Shown: positions 1 to 10,390, numbered from the stretch's first letter. The stretch: 32,709 bases of DNA from Octopus bimaculoides (GCF_001194135.2 NC_068981.1:60100401-60133109); one strand, 5' to 3'. Program-made: numbers and translations. Notes: generated from the sequence alone by a model not told the origin.

Positions 1-1244
1 TATATATATGTACGTATGTATATAAATGTATGTGTAATTTTTCAATGCGTACATATGATGCGAAAGAATAAATAAATAGTTACCAGGGTAGCAAAAATTC
101 ACATAATTGCAAAGTATATTACAGCCTACTTATAAAGGTAGAAATTCCAGGGTTAAGTGAAATGTTTTCGTATAACATGGATTCATTAAGATATGGAGTC
201 AAACGTAGGCGTTATTCAAATCATTTATACTTCCAACATGTTTCGAAGAAAACATTGAGATTATTCCGGAGGGAATAAAAATGATGTAAAACAATGCAGT
301 CATCTCGTCAGGGGAAAAAGTGATGCGAAACACATCAATAAGCCATTTTAACCGAATGTGATTACCGCGTATATGATGAAGGGGAACGCTAGCAATTTAC
401 TTTGTTTTTTAAACCCTTAATAGATTTAACGTCAAAGGTAATTTAGAAAAAGAGAAGGAAGAGAAAGAAAGAAATTAACAGAAATTTATGAGTGAAAAAA
501 ATATAGTATGATTGATGAATGGAAATAAATTTTAAAAGCGTGGAAATAGATATATGAAATGGAAATAAAATGTAAGAAGACAGTTAAAGGTTGAATTTTG
601 TAGATTGGTAGATATTACGTTTGGGTATTAAAGGTATATTTTTGCCAATGTTTACAACGATAAACCTGTTCATTAAACGTGTTTACAAGAGTATTCATTG
701 AGAAAAGGATGAGAAACTGTTCTTTGTTACAGAGCAAACAAAAAAGATTCGCTTCTGTCATATGGGAAGGATCCAGATAGAACACCCCCTACTTCAAGTC
801 GAATTGTCCACCATGCTACCCTAGAGACCAAACCAATTCACCAAGCCTAGCAGTGCTGCGCTCATTGACACCTCGAAATGTAGAGCAATGGCCAGATACT
901 CCCCTCGAAAACTGAGACGATGAGCTACCTATACAAAAAAGGCGTCAGAACCGGAAGCAATTTTACATTGATAAACAGAGACTCCAGCCCCAGAACCACC
1001 ACTAAGGAAACGAACACGACCCGAACCCATATCAGAAACATTAATACTGCTACTACTATAGGTCACAAAAAGGCTAGCGCTAACAACATCACTGTTATTA
1101 TTCTCACCAAGTGGACGTGCACTCACAACCCACTGCCATGCGAAGAGATGACCTACGAAAGGCCCCCGGTGTTTGAAAAACCTATCCCAACTCGGTATGA
1201 ATTGATAACGGAATGGCACCTGGTACTCCTTGGAAAATTCTTAT

Positions 1245-1382
1245 CCACAGTGGTACCTTGGGCAAGTGTCTTCTAAACCTCAGGCCGACCAAAACCTTGT
1301 GAGTGGATTTGATTGACGGAAAAAGCTCGTCGTATATATGTGCGTGTGTGTATATATATATATATTTTAGTGTGTGTGTACT

Positions 1383-1419
<37 letters not shown>

Positions 1420-1659
1420 NNNNNNNNNNNNNNNNNNNNNNNNNNNNNNNNNNNNNNNNNNNNNNNNNNNNNNNNNNNNNNNNNNNNNNNGTTTGCTTTT
1501 GCCCCCATAACTTAGCGGTTCAGCAAAAGAGAAGACATAGTAAGTACCATTTGTTAAAAATAGATGCTGCAGTCGATTCATTGGACTAAAGTTCTTCAGG
1601 GCGGTGCCACAGCTTGGCCGGAGTCTAATGACTGACACAAGTAGCGGATAAAAGATAAA
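1245..1659 (+). mobile_element. tRNA-derived SINE, family A, 5'-truncated copy with an expanded internal (TA)/(TG) microsatellite and an N-gap (1420-1490)
   Basis: Colinear with the copy at 2528-2793 (ccttgggcaagtgtcttcta, ggccgaccaaaaccttgtgagtggattt, cgtcgtatat, taacttagcggttc.gcaaaa). Its tail ggcggtgccacagcttggccggagtctaatgactgacaca matches the reverse complement of 31797-31835. Confidence 0.85.
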
Positions 1660-1660
1660 G

Positions 1661-2130
1661 ATGCAAAGTATCAGCTACTGGAAAAGACTGAAAGAATTAA
1701 GACTCTTCTCCCTAAAACGAAGGCTGGAAAAATATACACTGATATACATCTGGAAAATCCTGGAAGGCCTTGTACCAAACTCTGGCATTGAAAGTTACTC
1801 AAACACCAGAATGGGATGCCATTGCATAGTACCGAAGATCCCAGCATCGCCATCAAAATACGAGACCAGATACTGCAATAGCTTGAGTTTCAAGGACTCA
1901 CAATTCTTCAATATCCTTACAAAATGCCTGAGAGGCCTGCATGATGTGGATATAAGTACCTTTAAAACAAAACTGGTTCCAGACGAGCCTATCACGGCAG
2001 GATGAGGGCAGCGGCATCAAATTCCCTTATTGACCAAATGCCACATATCAGAAGAAGTTTCAAATAATGGTGTACCACAGTCAACGGTGGTGCCCCAGCA
2101 TGACCGCAGCTTCGAAGCTGAAACATTTTA
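1661..2130 (+). mobile_element. 5'-truncated non-LTR retrotransposon (CR1/L2-group LINE): ORF2 C-terminus plus 3' UTR, degenerate
   Basis: ORF 1661-2005 contains SYWKRLKELRLFSLKRRLEKYTLIYIWKILEGLVPN and NSLSFKDSQFFNIL...FKTKL.VPDEP, typical of the post-RT tail of CR1/L2/Crack-type ORF2. RAAASNSLIDQ continues in another frame, followed by a short 3' UTR ending in a hairpin at 2107-2120. Confidence 0.85.
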
Positions 2131-2527
2131 AAGAAATTATATATCCACATATATGTGATCCGATATTTCATACAGGTTTGCCTACAATTTTATTGCTAAG
2201 TGTAATCTAATGTAAATTCATGCTTATAATTTACAGAGGGAAAGGAAATATTGGGATTGTTTCGGTTGGTTTCATTTCTATTTGTTGACTCATCAGACTA
2301 CAAATATTCTCATTTCATGCCAATGAAAGATTGATAGCATATAACAATTTCTATGAAACAGTTACATAACTGTGCAATCATGGCACAGGGCTGCTATTTT
2401 TTCTATTTTATGATTTATGCAATTTAATATACGCATATTTACAATTTTTAATAATAAATCTCGCTGGAAAATGTAAACAAATGCGAACGCGTTTATATCT
2501 CTGCGTGGCTTATATTTTAAAATTCTA

Positions 2528-2786
2528 GGCATGGCTATGTGATAAGAAGATTGCTTCCCAACCAGATGGTTCCGAGTTCAGTCCCACTGCGCGGCATCTT
2601 GAGCAAGTTTCCTCTACTGTAGCCTCGGGCCAACCAAAGCCTTGTGAGTGGATTCAGTAAACAGAAACTGAAAAAAGCCCGTCGTATATGTGTGTTAGTG
2701 TTTGTCCCCCATCTCCGCTTGAAAACCGATGTTGGTGTGTGTACATCCCTGTAATTTAGCGGTTCGGCAAATAAAACCGATAGAAT

Positions 2787-2793
<7 letters not shown>
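2528..2793 (+). mobile_element. tRNA-derived SINE, family A, intact head, 3' part lost at a (TA)n array/mariner junction
   Basis: Pol III A-box-like tggctatgtgat and B-box-like gagttcagtccc, followed by a body colinear with 1245-1560. Confidence 0.85.
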
Positions 2794-2828
<35 letters not shown>

Positions 2829-2829
<1 letters not shown>

Positions 2830-3697
2830 GATGGGGTATCCAAAATAAATCGAAATTTTGCAATATTATTACTCAGTTTTACATGTTTACGCTTTTATCG
2901 CCTTCAAAGTATTCTTCATTTGAAGCAATAAATCGGTCCAGGCGCGTTTTCCACTATTTGATGCAATGCTGGAACTCTTGTAAAGTGATGGCTTTCAACG
3001 CCTCCGTCATTTTTTTCTTCACCACTTCCACATTTGCAATTTCCGTAGCACCAGCTTTGGTCACCAGCAATGACCTTCGAAAAAAGGTTTGGTTCAACTT
3101 CCAACTGTTCTTTCAGTTCAAGACACGCATTTAGTCGTGACTAATTTTGATCTGTGAGCAAGAAAGGCACACATTTTACTGCAACTAATTTCATTCACAA
3201 TTCTTCGCTCAAAGCTTGTTGACAGGACCTCCAGGACACATCAGTCATACCAATAAGTTCGTCAATTTTTCGGTGGTGGTTTCCCAGGATCAGTTCATGA
3301 ATTTTGGTGTTTTCATTCGTTCGGGAGTTCGACGGTTGCCCTAAACTAGATTAGTCTTCAAACGACAAGTGGCCATTCCTACAGCATGAAAACCACTCGT
3401 AAACTTGTATTTTGCTCATGGCAGCGTCCGTGTAAGCTGTGTGGGCTGCCCTTTTTCCCCAGCAGAAAACAGAATTTCACGGAAACACGCTGTTCCTTCG
3501 TTTCGGCCATCGCAAATATCGACGAACAAGAGAGAAGCACTGCAAAACACAGACGCACTACGTGGCAACTCAACAATAACCCATGATGGCGGTCGGCCCA
3601 TTGATGCTTGAAGGATGCATTAAGTGGTTTCTAGCGGCGGAAGCCTGAAATACAACGGGCTTACACCACAGAGAACTTTTCTGGTTAATTGGCGTAT
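2829..3697 (-). mobile_element. Mariner (Tc1/mariner) DNA transposon, internally deleted and decayed; transposase remnant 2879-3510
   Basis: Minus strand gives MAETKEQRVSVKFCFLLGK, QVYEWF, ELILGNHHRKIDEL and LFSKVIAGDQSWCYG (first catalytic D motif), fused to NVEVVKKKMTEALKAITLQEFQHCIK*WKTRLDRFIASNEEYFEGD (mariner C-terminus). A TIR-like end ta|cgatggggtatccaaaa lies at 2829. The other end is unclear, at or in the gap from 3698. Confidence 0.9.
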
Positions 3698-3906
3698 NNN
3701 NNNNNNNNNNNNNNNNNNNNNNNNNNNNNNNNNNNNNNNNNNNNNNNNNNNNNNNNNNNNNNNNNNNNNNNNNNNNNNNNNNNNNNNNNNNNNNNNNNNN
3801 NNNNNNNNNNNNNNNNNNNNNNNNNNNNNNNNNNNNNNNNNNNNNNNNNNNNNNNNNNNNNNNNNNNNNNNNNNNNNNNNNNNNNNNNNNNNNNNNNNNN
3901 NNNNNN

Positions 3907-3988
<82 letters not shown>

Positions 3989-3996
3989 GTATGTAT

Positions 3997-4229
3997 ATCA
4001 AAATAAGCAACAAGGATATCCAGTGGTAATGCAGTTCGATCGTTTGATGCAACTCCATTCGATTGAACAATGCAATGACTACATCAATTTTAATTAAATT
4101 CTGTCTTTGTGCAACTGAGGATTGCTCTGCATTTTAAATTGATGTAATGTTTGCATTGTTGAATATAACGGAGTTGCATGAAACGATCGTACTGCATTAC
4201 CTCTGGATATCCTTATTGCTTATTTTGAT
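3997..4229. mobile_element. Foldback-type MITE-like element: 97/96-bp inverted arms around a 40-bp spacer
   Basis: 3997-4093 matches the reverse complement of 4134-4229 with 11 mismatches and 1 gap by manual alignment (about 88%). No clear TSD. Confidence 0.75.
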
Positions 4230-4310
4230 TTTAATCACCTTACATTGAAATTGTATGGATAACACCGTACAAAATTCGGGTGCCACAACTTAAGTATCAT
4301 ATTCATCTGA

Positions 4311-4366
4311 ATCTATCTATCTATCTATGTATCTATCTATGTATCTATCTATGTATCTATCTATTG

Positions 4367-4414
<48 letters not shown>

Positions 4415-4415
4415 C

Positions 4416-4507
<92 letters not shown>

Positions 4508-4555
4508 ATTATATATATATATATACATATATATATACATATATATGTATATATA

Positions 4556-4599
<44 letters not shown>

Positions 4600-4612
4600 G
4601 ATAGATATGAAT
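4311..4612. repeat. Compound microsatellite (ATCT)n-(GTCT)n-(CT)n-(TA)n-(GA)n
   Basis: Read directly from the sequence. Confidence 0.95.
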
Positions 4613-6243
4613 ACATACACAAAAATAGCACATACACATACACATAGTGTATTTGTGGGTGGGTGTTTGTATATATACACACACATACACACAGTGAAAG
4701 AGACATTAAAATCTGAAACTCGACCGAGGGCGGAAAAAAAAGAGTAGGATTTGCTGTATGAGTGTCCTTGTACGTGTGACAGTGTATCTGTGCCTCTTTC
4801 ATGCTTACATATGCATATATGCATATATTTATTTATATAAACAGGACAGGCTTATGTAAGCCTTTCTACTTGATTCTATGTGTGTTCATTGATGTAGATG
4901 CGCGTGCATGTTTGTGAATGTCTGTGTTCTTATATGTGTTTATGAGTGTATGATTATGTGTGCATTGTTGCGTATTTTCTTTGCGTTTGTATGTTTTTGA
5001 GTATGTGTGTTTCTGTACTTGAATTTGGTTGTTTGCATGCTTAAATGTGCCTGTCAGAAAGTATACTGTAAGCGTACGTGTTCGGTTATGTTTAGCAATT
5101 CATATTTATCTGCATGTGTATATATGCGTGTAACAAGTTCGTATGCTACTCCCGTGCATATATGCAAGTATATGGGTAACTTTCTACACGTTATGTTTAC
5201 GCTAAAACAACTCCTTAGAATGTGAATATCTTTATGTAAGACTGTGGGTTAATGAATTATCAGAGTTTGCATGCAATTTTATGTCTGATTGGTTGTGTGT
5301 GGATAAGCTTGTGATTTTAGGAAAATGTGTCGTGACGTTTTAAACACCTTTTAAATACGTTCAATAGCTAAGATTGTTTATATCTATAACTCTTATCTCC
5401 TGCCGTAAGCGAGTTCTGTGTGTGTCCAGTCTTATTCCACTTCTGCTAACTTAAAAATATTATGGTTTCATATCTTTCGTCTTTACAATTTTCATTTATT
5501 TGGACTTTTGCAAACAAGAACATATGCAAAGGAATTATCTAGTATCACTTTTGCTTTTGTGTGCTTTTTTTTTTTTCATCTGTACTTTTTACTATACATT
5601 CTTTTACGACTACATTTTTTGGAAATTGTCCTCTATCGCTTATTTTCTACATGCTAGTCTTCTTTATTCCTAGCCAAAGAATGAAACATAACAGAATAAA
5701 AACAATGATTTGAAACAAACGAACGAACGTGAGCGTGAATGTGTGTGTATATGTGTGTGCGCGTGTATGTGTGCGTGTATGTGTGTGTGTATCTGTAGGT
5801 AGATGTGCTTATGTGTGTGTCTGTGTGATCGTGAGGCAGAATTTGAAAGAAAATAAAGAAACTTAAAACCAGACACCGAAAAGAAAGGGAGAAGGAGAAA
5901 TAGAGAGAAAGAGAAAGATGGGGCGAAAGAAGGGAAGAAAGACACGGAGAGCACAGAAAGGGAGATATGGAGAGAGAAGGGTAGGGGGAGGAAGAGAGAG
6001 AAAAGAGAAGGAAAAATGAATATGCATTGCGTATGGGTGTGCACGAGTGTGTGTGCATTATGAACTAACGTGGGAGAAAAAGTTGAACATAAATGTGTGA
6101 ATGAGAGGGAGTGAGAAAGAAGGGAGAAAGTCAGAAATAAAACTGCTATGGTAAAATAAAAACCGGAATAAAACATCATTGATAGATTGTGTGTGTCAGG
6201 AGGAGTGTAAGGAGGAGAACGTAAGAGAGAAATAGAGAATAGA

Positions 6244-6299
<56 letters not shown>

Positions 6300-6498
6300 N
6301 NNNNNNNNNNNNNNNNNNNNNNNNNNNNNNNNNNNNNNNNNNNNNNNNNNNNNNNNNNNNNNNNNNNNNNNNNNNNNNNNNNNNNNNNNNNNNNNNNNNN
6401 NNNNNNNNNNNNNNNNNNNNNNNNNNNNNNNNNNNNNNNNNNNNNNNNNNNNNNNNNNNNNNNNNNNNNNNNNNNNNNNNNNNNNNNNNNNNNNNNNN

Positions 6499-6540
<42 letters not shown>
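6244..6540. repeat. (GA)n microsatellite spanning an N-gap
   Basis: Read directly from the sequence. Confidence 0.95.
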
Positions 6541-6546
<6 letters not shown>

Positions 6547-6969
6547 GAAAAGGAAGGAAGCAAAAATGTGGAGAGTTGATGTGTATGTGTGCGTGTGTAT
6601 TGGTGTGAGCGATGAGTAGATGTAATTAAAGTATTCGATAGATTCCAAACGTGTAATATACGACTAGCTTTAGTCAAAACCAGTCCATGCTTTAAAAGCT
6701 CAACCTCACTCACTTAATAAAGCTGAGAAAATCCAATTTAAGTACTTAATGAAGCTGTTTTCTTCTCTCTTTTCGCACCACTTGTTCAGCTTCCATGAAT
6801 TCATTCGTTTCACTAATTATTTTATATTTTATACCGGCTTTTTGCTGATGACTTTATCCTAAGCATTATTATACAAAGGTCATGTAACGCATAGTGGAAT
6901 GAATTTATCACATGAAATTCGTGAGATGCATCTATGTTCTAGTATGTTCTGAATGATAATAACAAGGCA

Positions 6970-7000
<31 letters not shown>

Positions 7001-7194
7001 TCTGACAAAGAGTGTGAGAGGGGAGAAAGAGGAAGAGAGAGAAGTGAGGGTGCGAGAGAGAAGTAAGAGAGAAAGAGAGTCGGTAAATGAGAGTGAAAAG
7101 GAATGAGAAAAAGTTGAGAGTTAAGATATAATTTCGAAATCGGCATGCAATACACACACACACACACACGCACACACACATGCACGCACACACA

Positions 7195-7228
<34 letters not shown>

Positions 7229-7345
7229 TTAATTGCTGGCTGGAACACCATGTTTGTTTATGCAACCATCATATACTACATGGTATATTTAAGGCGTATA
7301 AGTCACTACTGGAAAGGTACAATATTCACGTGTAAGCCTTTAAAA

Positions 7346-7556
7346 GAGGTGAACTAGCAGAATTAATAGCATCCCTGACAAAAAGCTTAGCGGTATTTCG
7401 TCCGTTTCTAGGTTCTGAGTTCAAATTCCGCCCAGGTCGACTTCGCATTTTATCCTTTCGGGCACGATAAAATAAGAACCAGTTGAGCGCTGGGGTCGTG
7501 GTAATCGACTTAACCCTTCCCTCGAAATAGCTGGTCGTTTGCTAAAACTTGAAACC
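7346..7556 (+). mobile_element. tRNA-derived SINE, family B, near full-length copy
   Basis: B-box gagttcaaattcc, then gtcgacttcgcattttatcctttcgggcacgataaaataagaacc, ctggggtcg and tail gaaatagctggtcgtttgctaaaacttgaaac. Colinear with 14374-14563 and 14581-14737. Confidence 0.85.
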
Positions 7557-8292
7557 CATATATTTGGTAGAATATTATGGTTGCAAAAATAAGGTGGCCC
7601 TAAATAAGGTGTCCCTAGCAGCAATTAATATGTAAGTACTGCTTGCTACGAATGTGTTTAATAGTTAAAACTGGTATATCCAATTGTGCTGTATCGCTAA
7701 AGTTAGTGGCTATTGAAGCATTGTGCTCGTGGATAGTTAATGGGTTGGTGATGCTGAAAAAGGAGCAAGAACTCCTGAAATATTCATATACCCATTACTT
7801 ATTTTCTATCTTCGATCGCATTGTTTACATAGACGTATTCGAATATGAGGCGTCGTAACTTTTAGTGCTGGCTCTAATTTCTATACAAGACTTATAGTGA
7901 TAACTTTAAAAAGCCATATTTATATATATATATATNNNNNNNNNNNNNNNNNNNNNNNNNNNNNNNNNNNNNNNNNNNNNNNNNNNNNNNNNNNNNNNNN
8001 NNNNNNNNNNNNNNNNNNNNNNNNNNNNNNNNNNNNNNNNNNNNNNNNNNNNNNNNNNNATATTGGTGTGTATGTATTGCGAACCTATGTCGAAATATAT
8101 AATAACATTGTACATTTCCCTCCCTTTCTCATCCTCATTTACAAAAACCCTTTCCTATCTCCTCTCTCTCTCTCTTTTGCCTATTGTATACATACATGCA
8201 TACTAACGCACACGCACACACATACACACACACACATACACACACACACACGTACACACACACACTCTCTCTCTCCCTCTCTTCCTCCCACC

Positions 8293-8341
<49 letters not shown>

Positions 8342-8562
8342 TGGGAATGCATGCAAATGCATGTATGCATATACATACACCGATGCACGTATACAGATAT
8401 ACACAGATTCAAACGCACATACACACACACACACGCACACAGACACAAATATTGAGAAACGGAGGAAAGTGAACGAGAAGGCTTTTTACGCCCGTTAACA
8501 CCGATTATTTCCCTTCGTCGGCGTTCGATAGCCACTGATCCTTGGTGAGAGAGACAAAATCT

Positions 8563-8910
8563 TGGCAATCTTATATCTACTTTTCCAGTGAAATTCTTCA
8601 CTGATATCGAAAAGGTGAAAATCCCTGAAATCCGGATCCGTTCGTGCTACAGATCATGGTGAGAGGGATAACTTCCCTTGGCAAACAGGACACAGTAGTG
8701 TGTCGATAAGCCAGCTGGAGGAGACGTCCTCCTGGGGCTAAAAGCAACAGTAACATCCACCCCTAGGGGTCAGCCACACTTATGTGGCAATATACTACAC
8801 TTTATCGTGCAGTTACTGTTAATACTTCATTTAGAGAATTAACATTGCTTGTTTTCACCTTTTCGATATCAGTGAAGAATTTCACTGGAAAAGTAGATAT
8901 AAGATTGCCA
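8563..8910. repeat. Perfect 59-bp inverted repeat (8563-8621 / 8852-8910) with a 230-bp spacer; right arm cut by an N-gap
   Basis: Manual reverse complement gives a 59/59 match. Confidence 0.95.
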
Positions 8911-10102
8911 NNNNNNNNNNNNNNNNNNNNNNNNNNNNNNNNNNNNNNNNNNNNNNNNNNNNNNNNNNNNNNNNNNNNNNNNNNNNNNNNNNNNNNNNNN
9001 NNNNNNNNNNNNNNNNNNNNNNNNNNNNNNNNNNNNNNNNNNNNNNNNNNNNNNNNNNNNNNNNNNNNNNNNNNNNNNNNNNNNNNNNNNNNNNNNNNNN
9101 NNNNNNNNNNNNNNNNNNNNNNNNNNNNNNNNNNNNNNNNNNNNNNNNNNNNNNNNNNNNNNNNNNNNNNNNNNNNNNNNNNNNNNNNNNNNNNNNNNNN
9201 NNNNNNNNNNNNNNNNNNNNNNNNNNNNNNNNNNNNNNNNNNNNNNNNNNNNNNNNNNNNNNNNNNNNNNNNNNNNNNNNNNNNNNNNNNNNNNNNNNNN
9301 NNNNNNNNNNNNNNNNNNNNNNNNNNNNNNNNNNNNNNNNNNNNNNNNNNNNNNNNNNNNNNNNNNNNNNNNNNNNNNNNNNNNNNNNNNNNNNNNNNNN
9401 NNNNNNNNNNNNNNNNNNNNNNNNNNNNNNNNNNNNNNNNNNNNNNNNNNNNNNNNNNNNNNNNNNNNNNNNNTATATATCCGTATATACAATCACACAT
9501 ACATAACATATATATAGAAATATTAAGACATGGAAATAAGTATCCGAAAATACTGACAATGTTATCTCAAATAAAGTAAGAAGATACTCATAATGATTAC
9601 CAAGTTTGGCTCAAATCCACAATATTGTATTGAGGCTATACAGTTTGCTTGAATTGATCCGAGTAAAAAATTATAATGTCTGGAATCTAAAGAGATTGAT
9701 GGGTTTTGTTTCGGTAACAAGTAAATCATTTGTTTGTAGAATATCAAATATGACTAGATTGATCGAGCGCAGATTGACCAAATGTAAATTCAACACAGGC
9801 GATATTTGAATTCAGGATGTCTGAGGATATAATCAAATGCCAATGATGCTTTTGTTAATAATGTATTTCTTCTATTGGGTACATTAAAACGACAGTTGAT
9901 AATTTGTGTGTGAGTTTACAGAAGACGATAAGGGGAAGAAAATGAGAGGAGAGGGATGAGATAGAAATATACGTAGTATACAAAATATGTGAATGTCATG
10001 GATCAAGGATTTAGCCCAGCAATATTTCCGAACATACATGAAATACTATATTAACTAAAGAGGGAATTATTCAGTTAAATAAATCATCTATTGACGGCCA
10101 CT

Positions 10103-10220
10103 TTTTATCGACCCCGAAGGAAGAAGGACAGAACTGGCCGAGGCAGGTTTTAAATTCAGAACATAAAACGCACTAACTCATTGATGCAACGCATATTACC
10201 CGACGTTGTAACATTCTTCC
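10103..10220 (-). mobile_element. SINE family B, degenerate 5' portion
   Basis: ttatcgaccccgaagg...ttttaaattcagaacat matches the reverse complement of the family B core and B-box. Confidence 0.6.
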
Positions 10221-10261
10221 TATTAACCATCTTCAATAGTATAACTATGCACAAGGACAGC

Positions 10262-10390
10262 GGTACTTTGATTTATTGGCCGAAATGTACGAAAGAAAAG
10301 TTGACGTCGAAGGGATTTGAACTCAGAAAGTGAAAAGAGGTATAAAACATCTCGTGGTATTTTGTCCGATGATCTAACACGTCTCCCACC
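10262..10390 (-). mobile_element. SINE family B, degenerate 5' portion
   Basis: ggtactttgatttatt...aaagttgacgtcgaagggatttgaactcagaaagt matches the reverse complement of the family B core. Confidence 0.6.

Noticed and set aside
2270-2300. Hammerhead ribozyme cores at CTGATGA motifs (minus strand near 2290; also 6846, 18208, 26993, 30096)
   Set aside because: No stem II closing onto a GAAA at any site by manual inspection.
9775-9825. Traces of SINE-B (also near 13300-13345)
   Set aside because: Too short and too diverged to call with confidence.
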